Assembly (NCBI GenBank): GCA_951406725.2
Contig: OX597815.1
Span: 133,796,001 to 133,860,000, forward strand
Direction of reading: 5' to 3'
Source: Octopus vulgaris
Taxonomy: Eukaryota
DNA length: 64,000 bases
Part shown: positions 22,470-35,150 of the stretch, piece after piece
Layout of the letters: each line of letters starts with the position of its first letter
How positions within the stretch are numbered: the first letter of the stretch is position 1
Translations under genes and position numbers: made by a program
The notes under the pieces: model-generated
What the model saw: the letters and a program-made list of their open reading frames with translations, nothing else
Told to the model about the DNA's origin: nothing
Databases searched by the model: none

Positions 22470-24367
22470 ACCCAGCTTTCATTATGTCTACTTTATTTCC
22501 TCAATCTTGCATATTTAGGGAATATTCAAGATACTTGTAGGCATATCTCTTACATACATCAGTGATATATCTTAACCATTCATGATACATTTGTAGTATG
22601 CCCTAGACAACATTGATATATCATATGTATACTCCTGTGGTATGTCATTCCTGATAATAACATATCATATTACATCTGTAGGCATGTCCTACACATCCTT
22701 TAAATTTTAAACATCCAGGATAAATCCTAAACATCTGAGGTGCAGCCTATGCGTTCATAATATTATGTCTTCTCATAATATTTTCTATTTCTTTGCTGCT
22801 CCTACTGATTCATTCGCACTCTCTCCACTAAATGTGAGTAGCCATGTAGCTCCTCCACAACTAGGTTTGCTCTGCTCCACTTCCTCTTCTCATAGCTTAA
22901 CACTCATCTCCTAGCATATAAAACCACCCCTCCTTCAGGTTTCATAGTCTTGGCAAGCTGTATGGTGACCTCACAAGTATTGGCGAGAAAAGAAACCCTG
23001 TAAGCACTGTAAAGTGGTTGTCATGTGGAAGGGCATCTGGCCATAGAAACCATGCTAAAGCAAATACTGAAGCATAATGCTGTCCTTGGACTCATTACAT
23101 CCTGTCAAACTGTCCAGCTCATCAGCATAGAACATAGACATTAAATGATGATGATCATTATTATCTATCTGTGTCATCTTCATCATATCTCTTACATATC
23201 TGTGGTTTATTGTACACATCTGTGAGATATCTTACTAGTTTTTTGCATATCCTACATAATCCATGTTGCACATGTTTTTCTTTCATTGTACTCTATAGCT
23301 GGTTACTTTCTTTAATAATGGTTAGTTTCTTTTATTGTGCTGCATTGTAAAATTGCTTTCACAATACTTTACCACCATCCACATTAACTGTACTGATGGT
23401 TGTTTACCTTTGTTCACTGTACTGTACTGATGTTCACTAGCTTTCATTATTCTGTACTGAGTATTATTTACTGAAAATGAGATGATTGGCTGCAGCTGTT
23501 AGAATGCTTATGATTAGGCATGGTTGACTGGACATTCAGCCTGTTTTGACAACAGTAGTTCTTTGATGCTAGAGGCAAACACTAAAAAATATATACATAC
23601 AGATACTCATCATGATTGACTTAGACATTTTCCCTCTCCTCATACAATAAAAGAAATATGCTTACACATAAACAGAAGAAGAGAGAGAGAGTGACGGAAA
23701 CATTAAAATGTCTGATGTCAAATAACTCAGTATTGAATCGTTGATACCAAACTGGCAGTGCCAAACCTCAAATATACTGTGCCGGTGCCCTATTTAGTTA
23801 ATGTAACCAAACTGTCCTCTGATATATAAATGCGATCAAGTCAGGTCTATCCTGAGCTTGTTTATATATTCCTTATACAGTATCACAATATTCTCACATT
23901 GGTTAGGAGAAAGTAAACAAATCCTGATAAAGCTTTGATGAAGTTGAACCTAGTTGATCTGGTTTTTCAACCTGGCTACTGAGGGCCCTGTGGTTTAATA
24001 AGATGTTGTTTCTCACTATGAGGTTAAAAATATGTTTATTAAACACATGGAAGTAACTCTGTTTATTCATTCCTGTTGTCACACAAATGCTTCCTCTAAC
24101 AGTTTCAATGTTGAGTTTTCTAGTTGCATGATAAAGTGAATTACCTACTTAAAGTATGAATGTATTTGTATAAAGTATGAGTGTTCTGCAGACATGTACT
24201 CTTGATGGGACATTTTGGTAGAATCAGCACAACCTGGTGATATGTGACAAGACTGTCCCTGTAAATTACAGGTGCAATATACTTGATACTCCTCGCAACT
24301 TCTTGACCATACAAACACTCAAATACATTGTGTATGTGTTGGTGTATGTATGTAAAACAATGCTTCA

Positions 24368-24402
<35 letters not shown>

Positions 24403-24406
24403 ATGA

Positions 24407-24443
<37 letters not shown>

Positions 24444-24737
24444 TTGTTTAACCTATCAGATTGAGTTCTACCCCATTATGTGGAAGCTTGGGCAACTGTC
24501 TTCTACTATATGGCCTTGGGGTAATCAATACTTTCTGACTGAGACTGATTGATGGGGACAATGCAAAAGGCCCATGTTTTGAGTATGTTTACATGTGTAT
24601 TCACTTGTATAAAAGTGCAGTGGGCAGTGTTGTTGTCAGTTCCTTAAGTTAACAGATTACTTATACTTTGTACCTTTGAAGTAGCGTGCAATATGAGATC
24701 TCATGAAAACAAGAGTATCCATCTGTAAAACAATGCC

Positions 24738-25293
24738 TTTAACATTCAGATTACTCTGTCGAATGTCTTTTTTCTTTTTGGTTCACAGTGTTTTTAATTA
24801 ATCATATATTACCCTGTAACTCTGAAATTTTGATGTTTTAATTATATATTTTTACAAAGTTGTTGAAGGGTAGGTGTGATGGGCTGGATCTGGCTGGCTT
24901 CAGCATAAAACAGGTTGACTACTTGGGCTGGATATGGCTGGTTTAAATGCTAAAGCAGGAGTTCTCAACCATTTTTTACCTATGGACCCCTTTCATTACT
25001 ATTTTATTCTTGTGGGTCCCCATAACCATTTAATATCTAAAAACTAGTTTTATAGAAACTTCTTTCAAAATTCTTATTTTGCTTTTCATATATTAACCTT
25101 TGAAGGTTGAACTTTGAAAAATGTCAGAGAAAAAACTACGCTGTGTTTTGCAATACATACATCTAAAGCAATTTTTTTTTCAAGGGCCCTTAAAATACTA
25201 TTGTGGATCCACAACTTACTATTTTGGTACATGAACCCCCCGCAAAAAAATTTATATGAACCCTGGTTGAGAACCACAGTGTTAAAGGGTTAA
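24738..25293 (+). mobile_element. piggyBac-like MITE (family A) interrupted in its right TIR
   Basis: Family A body (CATTCAGATTACTCTGTC...GGATATGGCTGGTTTAAATGCTAAAG), with the terminal GGTTAA displaced to ~25288-25293. Confidence 0.7.
24956..25279. mobile_element. hAT (Charlie/MER5-like) MITE with 8-bp TSD
   Basis: TIRs CAGGAGTTCTCAACC / GGTTGAGAACCACAG. TSD TGCTAAAG (24948-24955) / TGTTAAAG (25280-25287). Confidence 0.85.
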
Positions 25294-26504
25294 ATAGCCT
25301 ATTGGTCCAACCCATGCAAGCATGGAAAAATCAGACGTAAAACGAATAAAATGAATATTATTTTTAAGTCAAGTATGTCCAGTTATGGCATTCAGTACAC
25401 ATGAATACAGGACCTCATAATTGTCTGGTAAACTTTTTAACTACACACACAAACACACATTGAGGTCAGGCTTAAATATCTTGTCTGAGGCCAAGTTTAA
25501 TTATCTTATCCACAGTTTCCTTTGAGCATCTCTCATATTTGCAGCATTTTATACACTTCACCCAATAATCCTCAATTGAATATCTCCACACATCTCCAAA
25601 CACCATTCACTGATTAACACTTCATCCATATATACTGTTTTTAATTATTTGGAAGTGTATGTTTTGAATATGCATGCTCAACAGTGTGTGTGTATGTGTA
25701 AAATAGATACATACACACATACTGTTTGTGGGATTAATCTCACTCTTACTTCTACTTTTCTGCATCATGAAAGAGTTGTTGAAGCTTGTTTGTGTATGTT
25801 AGTGGGGTTCCTGTCTGTGTTGTTTTTATATGTGTATAAATTGCGCAAAGTTGATTTCAAGTTCACATGCCATTCAGCAGAAGGCCACTGGCAACTCTCC
25901 AGTTTGACATGCCAACAAAGTGCACGATTCTTTCTCTGCTGTGGTTAAAATATGGATTGCTTACATTGGCTTTACAAATAAACAATCCAGTTCCTCTCAT
26001 TTACATTCTTTTGTTTCCAGAAATTTCTTTGATATTATACTGAAATAATATTTGTGAAGAACAAAAAATAGTGATAATGCTATTAAAAAATATATAAATA
26101 AGAAGAAAAGTGTTATTCTTTTTTTGTTTTGTTGAGGGTATAAGGGGTAAATTGATTGTTGTAGTATTACACATTCATATAGCATTACATCAATATCATC
26201 GTCATTATCAACTGCCGTATTGCAGTGAACATTATAATTTTTCATTTTTTGTTGACATTGCTAATGTTGCAGTCATAATTATCAGCTTCACTTAGGTCAA
26301 TGGATTGATAAAACTCTTTGTAGTATTTCTTTCAGTTCTTTATACTCTGAGTTCAAATCCTACCAACGTCAACCTTACCTGTCATCCTTTCAGGGTTGAT
26401 AAAATAAAGCACCCTTTCCCCACTAATTTCTGGACTTGTACTTTATGTTCCAAACAACAATTAAGCTTATTTAACAAAAAATTTATTTTCATCCCTACCT
26501 CACT

Positions 26505-26757
26505 GTGCCAGTCACATGGTCATGTGGTTAGGATGTCACAGGAAAGGATTGCAAAACAGATTCTTGGAGACCCAGGGATAGACCAAGAGTGAGATGGTAG
26601 AACAATATCCATGGTCTCAGCTGGTCATGTTTGGGAATCCAGCTGGAAAGTGTAATGATGGTTGCTTTTGATAGGATCTTATGGAGGAGATACACGAGGA
26701 CTTTACTCTCATGATTTTCCCAGAAACAATGGGCAATGAAAATGGATGGAAGGATGG
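26505..26757 (+). mobile_element. RTE-clade LINE 3' fragment (same family as 5820-6480)
   Basis: HGHVVRMSQERIAKQIL...SWSCLGIQLESVM. Shares CAGCTGGTCATGTTTGGGAATCCAGCTGGAAAG with the reverse complement of ~5920-5955. GGATGG tail. Confidence 0.8.
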
Positions 26758-27589
26758 AAAAACACATTTGCATAAAATATATACTGTGCTTATGTAGATG
26801 TTGTGGTTTTTACAAATTTGGACATTTTTGAAGTGAAATTTTAACAGTTGAAAAGGAAGTTGAATGACTTTTCACCTGTGCTTTATTGATCTATGAAGTA
26901 AGAATGACAGGCAACTATTGTTTATACTTATTGCAGAATGAGAAATACAAGCATGAAGCTGATTACTTTGATCAATCTGAACTTCTGGGTCAAATGTAAG
27001 CTGAAGAAGAGTGCATGGTAGCTATGTAATTTCTTTAACATAGGGGATATCTTTCAAGTTGAACCTGTTGTTTCGACAACTTAAAGAAGGTGAATGGAGA
27101 TAGAACTAGTGACTATGTTTTAGATATGTTGTGGGTAGTGGATGGGTGAACATGAGAGACAGTGTCTTTGGATATGTTGTGGGAATTGGCTAGGAAAGTA
27201 TTAGTGGTATTATCTGGGGATAGTGGGTAATGGCTGGGAGAGTATTAGTAAAAAAATGTCTTTGGGCATGTTGTGTTGTATGTTCAGGGAGCGGTAAAGC
27301 CCTTTTTGGATGATCCTTAATTGAAGGATAATTTCCAAAGTGACATTACTAGAGAGAGAGAAAGAAAGTGACAGACAGACAGAATAGGTGTGTGTATAAG
27401 TAAGAACTACTGGTTTGATATAATGTATAGAAGTATAGCAGAGTGAGTTGTTGGGCTAGTTTCAAATAAAGTTCTGTTCAAGAAACTTGTAAACTTGAGT
27501 TGGTAGAGGAATTTTTGTTCTAGAGTGAAGCTGGTTTGGGATTTTAACATGCTGAATATTCCTTGTGATGACCCGTCATCTTTGCCCCT

Positions 27590-27980
27590 GTGGCTAGCTG
27601 GCAGAATTGTTAGCATGCTAAGCAAACTGCTTAGTGGCATTTCATTCATCTTTACATTCTGAGTTCAAATTCTGCTGAGGTTGACTTTGCTTTTTATCCT
27701 TTTGGGATCAATAAAATACGTATCATTGAGCACTGGGGGGGGGGGGGGTCAATATAATTGGCTGTCTCCTCTCCCAAACTTTTCAGACCTTAATAGCATT
27801 TCTTCTGACTCCACTTTCTGAGTTCAAATGTTGCTATGGTTGACTTTGCCTTTCATCCCTTCGGGGTTGATGAAATAAGTAGCAGTTGATCACTGGGGTT
27901 GATGTTATTGACTACCACCCTCTCCTGAACTTGCTGACCTTGTGCCAAAATTTGATGCCATTATTGTTATTATTATTATC
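27590..27980 (+). mobile_element. Two adjacent Meta-domain-like SINE copies
   Basis: AGCTGGCAGAATTGTTAGC head, and GAGTTCAAAT...GACTTTGC(C/T)TTT(C/T)ATCC twice. Confidence 0.75.
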
Positions 27981-28991
27981 TTCCACAATATTATTTAACT
28001 AATGTATCCACTTGAATCTCTATAGGATTCGCTTCTTTTATGTTTCAAAATAGCTAAGAAATGTTAAATTCAAAAGAAGCAAGGGTCTCTGTTAAGAAAT
28101 CTTATTAGAAAAGGGAAGAAAGGGGAAAAAGAAGAAAAAAAAAAACAGCCCCAAAATACATTAAATTCTATTAAGTATTGCAATCTTCCCTTCCTACATT
28201 CATTTTAACCCATGAAATTAACCAAGATCTTGGGGCTGAATTCCCAGCCACTGAACCTGTTTTTACTCCCCCCCCCCCATCACCCATCAGTAATCAGTTG
28301 TATTGATTAAAAAAAAATATATTGTTTGTTTATAAAATCAATAAAGTTATTTGTTTGCCAATAATGCTGCTAGCAGCTAGGCCTGATGCCAATTCTTAGC
28401 TTTATCACTAGATTTATTCTACCAAACAGCCCCCTAATTCCTTTTTCTGTTATTTTACTCTTCCCTTAATCTATTGTATTTCATTTTACTGCAATTTTAT
28501 TTACTTGTTATATAGATTAGAAATCATTTTGTGAGGATTTAATATCTATATTTTGTGGCGGGGGGATTAATAGTAATATTTAATTTGCTCAAGCTAGAGG
28601 TGGATTAATTTAACTTTCACTTAGTGTTTTTTGTTTCCTTTCTTTTTATGCTTTTTATATTTTAGTTGAATTAAGGTGAATGAATGTTTATCTTACTTAT
28701 ATTTATATTTTGATATATTTTAATATATTCAATGTCTCTCTCTTTCTCTCTTCTATCTATCTATCTATCTATCTATCAATCACTTTATAAATGTATCTAT
28801 ACTATAACTGGATACATACACACACATACACACACACATTGTTAATGAATTTATAAGAACAATGGGTTTGATGTAACTGATGACAAAATTAATGACGATG
28901 ATAACAGATGTGGTGATGACACTGATGACTTTTCCACTGATAAATGTTAATGTATACTTTGATATCTCCTTTATATATATATATATATATA

Positions 28992-29530
28992 CAGGGTCAG
29001 GCAAAATGATCTGACACATTTGTAGGTTAAATAAAAGGCAAATGAAGTAAAGAAACAAAAAAGGGTTTTTATTTTTGAAAAGTACATATAATGCCATTTT
29101 GTTTCATTATGTTTTAAAAATTAAATCAGTCAAATGGGATCCATTATTGTCCACACACTGTCGTGTGACATCGGTTGGCCCGCCCGTTCACCTGATTTAA
29201 ATCCGTGTGATTTTTTACTCTGGGGATACCTCAAGTCAAAGGTATACATTAATCGCCCTCGATCTATTGAACAACTTAAAGATGCAATTCGTCAAGAAAT
29301 TACTGCCATTCCACATGATATGACCCGCCGAGTTATTGACAACTTTCGTGAACGCCTTCGACAGTGTGTAGACAATAATGGATCCCATTTGACTGATTTA
29401 ATTTTTAAAACATAATGAAACAAAATGGCATTATATGTACTTTTCAAAAATAAAAACACTTTTTTGTTTCTTTACTTCATTTGCCTTTTATTTAACCTAC
29501 AAATGTGTCAGATCATTTTGCCTGACCCTG
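28992..29530 (+). mobile_element. Palindromic non-autonomous Tc1/mariner element carrying a transposase C-terminus
   Basis: 172-bp inverted arms (28992-29163 / 29359-29530) starting TA|CAGGGTCAGGCAAAATGATCTG. The interior encodes IGWPARSPDLNPCDFLLWGYLKSKVY...LKDAIRQEI...RLRQCVDNNGSHL (mariner-type D-ending motif). Confidence 0.92.
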
Positions 29531-29557
29531 TGTATATATATATATATGATGATGATG

Positions 29558-29593
<36 letters not shown>

Positions 29594-29712
29594 GTATTGT
29601 TATCCTCCCTTTCTCTCTCACTACTTAACTGGAACTTCAGGTTCCACCTCCTGCAATTTATCCACCCCAAATTTTATGTCTTATAAATTCATTAACAACC
29701 ATCAAAAGCATG

Positions 29713-29807
<95 letters not shown>

Positions 29808-30439
29808 TCTCACCATTGTGGCTATGTGGTTAAAAAGTCTGTGTTGCAAATATATGGTTTAGTGTTCAGTCTTGCTACAAAGCACCTTGTGTCTTATAGC
29901 CCTGAGCTAGCCAATGCCTTGTGAGCAATTTTGGCAGACAGCATGCTGTGTTGTATTTGTTCTGACACTGCTGTATGAAAAATAGAGATGTTACAACTGC
30001 AAAATATCACACACCAGTCTTATCTTTGACTATAACTCAATGCAAAGCTATGGATTATTTGAAGATTATTGTTGTTGTTTAACACCAGGTCAACCCTCAT
30101 TAAGCAGACTTATGTCCATAGAGTTTTGTGTAGATTTGACATGAGGTGTTTAGGTTGCATGCAGATGATGCTTGGATGTCGAAGGTTATGCGGAGGAGTA
30201 GGTGTTGGTGGAGTGGTGGTAAATACATAGCTGATGCATAGGAGAAATAATAGGAGTAACAAAACCAAATCTTGTAGTTGTGTAGAGCAGGAATCAAGAC
30301 TGAGAGAGGTAGAACTACCAGCACAGGACATAATGGAGTGATCTGTCAGGAAGCCACTGAACCATACAAAACAGAGCCTATAGGTGTGCTGTTTTGATTG
30401 AAGATTTGCATGTGATTAGTGTTAAAAATCTAGTGTTTC

Positions 30440-30585
30440 CTTATTTACATTATTTACATTCAACAGATATTTGTCCTCATCTTGTTTGTTGTTAACACAC
30501 CGTTTCAGCTAATATACCCTCCAACCTTCTTCAGGTGTTTGGGGAAATTTTGAACCTGGGTTCTCATTCCTCGGGTATTTTTCGA

Positions 30586-30646
<61 letters not shown>

Positions 30647-30725
30647 GTTCAAGTCACTCCTTGGAATCAAACTTGGAATCTTGGGGTTAGTAGCCTGCGC
30701 TCTTAACCACTATGCCATATGCCCG
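30440..30725 (-). mobile_element. tRNA-headed SINE-like element with internal (AAT)n and Penelope-like 3' part
   Basis: Minus strand: GGCATATGGCATAGTGGTTAAGAGCGC (A box)...AGTTTGATTCC (B-box-like), (AAT)n, then CTGAAGA...GAAAC and an (AATGTAAAT)2 tail. Confidence 0.65.
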
Positions 30726-30829
30726 GTGGGCTAGTGCTAGTGTTTCTTGTTCTATGCTGACTGTTTCTCTTGTAGGGGGTTAAACTGTATTTTTCAAATG
30801 GCATTACATGAGATTAGAAACATAATCAT

Positions 30830-31100
30830 CATCATCGTCTTTTAACATCTGTTTTCCATGTTGACATGGGTTGGATGATTAGACAGGAGCTGGCCAGGCA
30901 GGAGCCTGCACCAGTCTTCTGTGTCTGTTTTGGCAGGGTTTTTAAGGCTGGATGCCCTTCCTAATACCAACCACCCCACTGAGTGAGCTGAGTGCTTTTT
31001 ACATGGCACCAGCACAAGTGAGGTCAATTTTAGCATGGTTTTTTACAGCTGGGTGCCCTTCCAAATGCCAACTACTTTACAGTGTGGACTGGCTGCTTTT
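30830..31100 (-). mobile_element. RTE-associated 3' tail copy
   Basis: CATCATCATCGTCTTTTAACATCTGTTTTCCATG...GCTGGATGCCCTTCCTAATACCAACCAC, the reverse complement of the tail at 8900-9068. Confidence 0.7.
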
Positions 31101-31299
31101 TTAGTGGGCATGCCAGAATTTAAAGTGTAGACATAAAATAAAACTGCACACATAACTTGTAGGGTCAGGTATGTCTGTGTGGTTTAGAAGCTTGCTTTCC
31201 AGTCATGTGATCTTGGGTTCAATCCCAATGTGTGGTACTTTGTGTAAGTGTCTTTTACTTGCAAGTGGATTTTGTAGATGAAAACTGAAAAAACCCATC

Positions 31300-31340
<41 letters not shown>

Positions 31341-32079
31341 GAGAGAGAGAAAGAGAAAGACATTAAATGATAATGATAAGAAGACGAGAATGAGGAGGGT
31401 ATAAACAAGTACCACTCAAAGTACTAGAATTGATATAATCAACTAAAACCAGTTTTGAAAGTGATACTCCAGCATGACCTTAGTCCATAAATAATTTAGA
31501 TGTATCATCATCATCACCACCATCATGTCTGTTTTTCTATGTTGGCATGGCTGGACATACCTTACAGTACTTCACCACCTATCACAGTCCTTCAGTATCT
31601 TACACTGATAACAGCAGAAAACATCAATGCATCCTGGTGTTGCCCGAGTGTTATGACCTACAAGCACATCATATTATTTGCTCCTTTCTTATGGGCAGAA
31701 TCAGCACAGCTGCTATATAGTTAATGGAATAATGGAAGTTAGTTTTTGTTAGATAGTGAAGGGCAAGGTTATAATTTGCATGGGTTTGCATGAAAGTGCT
31801 TTCTGTTCTGAAGAAGGATCAGAAACTATGTATTGTTTCGTCGTATAAAAAGGGGTTAATATGATTTTGTCCAAAAGTCACATTTTCAAAATTTTTATTT
31901 CCCTCTGTCCCCACTGTGATTTCTTAATTTGTAACTTTAAAAAAATTTTTTTTTTTTTTATGTTATCTACGTAGAAAATCACAGAGATTATGAATCTGGG
32001 AAATATATATATGTATATATATTTTATAGTTTAATTTGTCTTTAAGAAACACTCAATACCCCTTCCCCCACCTTGCCCA

Positions 32080-32315
32080 CCCATCATCTACCAGCTTTCA
32101 GAAAGTTAAAATCTCCCAGTCTTTCACTTTTGTCTGTTTCCTGCATTTCTACTGAAATAGTAGACTTAAAAAATACCAGACCACCACCAGAAAACCCAAC
32201 ATGCTAGAAACAACAGGTAAACAACATTATTTCTGAAGAAACTTCCCTGGTTTCCAAAAAGCTAAAAGTGAAACATTGGGAGCGTGTAGCTTTTTGAAAA
32301 TGGTGAGGTGATGGG
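32080..32315. repeat. Old, diverged foldback (inverted repeat)
   Basis: CCCATCATCTACCAGCTTTCAGAAAGTTAAAATCTCCCAGTCTTTCACTTTT vs the reverse complement of AAAAGTGAAACATTGGGAGCGTGTAGCTTTTTGAAAATGGTGAGGTGATGGG. Confidence 0.7.
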
Positions 32316-32529
32316 TAAATTCACACATTGTCACTCTCATAATACAACACTTTGTAATTTTGGTTCAAATTGAAAGTGTAAAACTATTTTCATTTTGTAA
32401 TGAAACCTGGTCGTTGTAGAGAAGTGTATTTGAAATAACTATAGCTGGTTATTATTGAGATAACATAGAAAATATGTAAATGAAAATAAAGTTTATTTGA
32501 CATGTGTAATTGATTTGATTGTTCTGGAA

Positions 32530-32742
32530 GGTGGCAAGCTGGCAGAATCGTTTGCATGCTGTGCAAAATGCTTGAGTGGCATTTTGCCTGTCTTTACATT
32601 CTGAGTTCAAATGCTGCCGGGATCAACTTTGCCTTTCACCCTTTCGGCATCCATTAAATCAGTATCAGTGAGATACTGGGGGTTAATGTAATTGACTGGT
32701 TCACTACCCCGAAATTTCAGGTCTTGTGCCTATAGTAGAAAT
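32530..32742 (+). mobile_element. Meta-domain-like tRNA SINE
   Basis: GGTGGCAAGCTGGCAGAATCG...GAGTTCAAATGC...ACTTTGCCTTTCACCCTTTCGG...CTTGTGCCTATAGTAGAAA. Confidence 0.8.
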
Positions 32743-32758
32743 GATTTGATTGTTCTAG

Positions 32759-33047
32759 TCTTAACATCAGTTGGTAAGAATAGAAGTCATTTGGCGACAC
32801 CCTTTTGTTGGTAATTGGCTATCCTGTTGCAGGTTCAGTCCGAGGAATATTGAAATAATACCCATTTTCTCCATTCCACAGAATAAGATTATACTGGAGA
32901 GCATCATAAGAGGGATGAGTCTGTGAAACACGTTTAAGGTTGTTATCTTGAACATGAATGAGAATATCATGATTTTCAATGGGATCACCAACCATCAGGA
33001 TAGCTACTTCATTAGATGTGGGCTCATTAAAACAGCATAAAATGTTC
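32759..33047 (-). pseudogene. Helitron RepHel gene fragment (region N-terminal to the Rep motifs)
   Basis: Manual translation: FNEPTSNEVAILMVGDPIENHDILIHVQDNNLKRVSQTHPSYDALQYNLILWNGENGYYFNIPRTEPATG*PITNKRVSPNDFYSYQLMLR. This matches the Helitron pattern FNAPT..EVA / H.SYDALQYPL...GEDG / FYSYRLM.R. One in-frame stop. Confidence 0.88.
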
Positions 33048-35150
33048 TTTACTTACAGTTTACTATAGACGTAACAGACTCAGAAACACACACACACACA
33101 CTTATAGAATTGATAATACTGAAAACAGCAAAACATACACACACGAAGTTCAAGTGAAATGAAATGTAGTCAGTATAGGTGCAAAAGATACTTTCTATAG
33201 AGGTAACGTCCCCCCTTTGATGTGCCACTTTCTCTACTTATTTACTAGAATTTCTCTCCTAGACAGGCTACCTATGCTGCAGCTTGTAGAGTCCATGTCT
33301 TCACCATTTATTTTTTCCAACTTCCTTCTTTTGGCATTCATCCATGGAGAGACTTGAACTTAAATTACTTGTGTTATCAGCATGTAAAAGATCTCATATT
33401 TTATCCCCAATGGTTTTGAAACGGTGCACCACAGTGCACTGATACACTGCGAAGGAGATCTATTAATGTTGATGTGTGTTATAAATATAATTTAAGACTT
33501 TAGCAAATTCACACTTAACTTATATAAGAAATATGTTATTCATAATTTTATTTAGGCAGTGAGTTGTCAGAGTTATTTGAGCATAGGATAGAATACTGTG
33601 TTGTATTTGTTCTGACACTTGGCACTCTTAGTTCAGATCCTGCAGAGATTGAGTTTGCATTTCATTCTTTCAGGGTTGATAAAAAAAAATTACCTATTCA
33701 GAGTGAGGGATTGGTAGAACCGTAAGAATGTTGAACTGATTCCAGCTCCATGCATTCTGAGTTCAAATCCTGCCATGTTCCACTTGGTAGGCCTTAATAC
33801 ATTACCCAATATAACACTATCAGCTGGCATCTTGAGTGCTTTTAGTAGAGTCCATTCTGTTGCAATCATTGGGGTCAAGTCTCTAGTTTAAGGATACTTT
33901 TCTCCTTTCCTTTCAGCTGTCTCTGAGGCCCTTTTCTCCTGACTAAAAACATAAGAAAAGAAACAAAAGATAATTAATTCATGGTTTAAAATTTTGGCGA
34001 GAGGCCAGCAATTTCTGGGGAGGAGTAAGTTGATTATATCAACCCCAGTACTCAACTGGTACTCATTTTATGGTGACTGAAAGAATGAAAGGCAAAGTCA
34101 ACCTCGACAGAAGAATTTTTTTTCTAAAGTTTAGAATTTTAAAATAGCATCTATTTTTTTTTTTTTTTTTTTTTTAACTTTCTTTGAGATGTATGTCATT
34201 CATTTATGTTTGATTTCTTGCTTGTCACAAAATCAAGGAGTTCGAGATCTACTGCTTTGTTCACGAGTTTATTGCAAGTTGATCTGTTACTGCTTTACCA
34301 TTTGTTGTTACTGCCCCAAGTCAGCCTTGATTGAGCAAACCTATGTTTATCTCTCAGCTCATCTGTATCATGATTAAAGGTATTCAAGCTGTAACTACTT
34401 GACTTTTTATCAAAAGTTGTTTACCCCAGAATGAATTATCCATTATACCCTACTTTGAGATGATAGGGTCGGATCCGAGGAAAATCTGGCTGCTACTTCT
34501 AATGGGTTGAGTGACCACATAAAACAACTTTTTAGTTTTGTGGTACACTGGAGATTAAAGGATTACTAACAGAGTGGAAATTAAACAATTACTGGCACCC
34601 TTTGTAGGGTAGTTAAAGAAAGCTTTATATTTTGAAGTTAAATATTAGGAAAAAAAATACAGAAAACTATTGCTTACTTTCTTTTATTAATCATAATATC
34701 CTCTTCCTCTTTCTCATTATCATTGTTTTAATGTCCACTTTTAGATACTTTAGATCTGACAGAATTTGTTGAGGCAGATTTTTCTGTGGACAGATGTCCT
34801 TATCACCAACTTTCACTCGTTTCCAAACATAATAATATTTTCTCATGCCCAGATATGTTTTTTAAGGAAGACCACCACTTGTATGGCAGAGGTGCTTTAT
34901 TTATAGCTATAGTATGGTGTAAAGACAAGGAGACACACATACAATGCATTCCTTTCAGTTCCCATCTACCAAATTACCTTACAAGGCTTTAATTAGTTCA
35001 GGGTTATAGTAGAAGATACTTATTTAAGGTGCCACACAGTGGGACTGAACCCAGTACTCACATAATTAGGAAGGTAACCTCTTAAACTACACAGCCATAT
35101 CTAAAAACTGAATAACATGCTCAAGTGATTAATATGGGTTTTATAGAGTC

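Noticed and set aside
24810-24832. TACCCTGTA... resembling miR-10
   Set aside because: It lies inside a piggyBac-like MITE at the position of family sequence TATCTCATAGC/TATCTTGTAGC. The 3' half mismatches and there is no hairpin partner.
30655-30725. tRNA-like sequence with A/B boxes (also ~5190-5230, 46370-46435, 57648-57715)
   Set aside because: These are SINE heads or decayed fragments, and I could not fold a complete cloverleaf with an acceptor stem.
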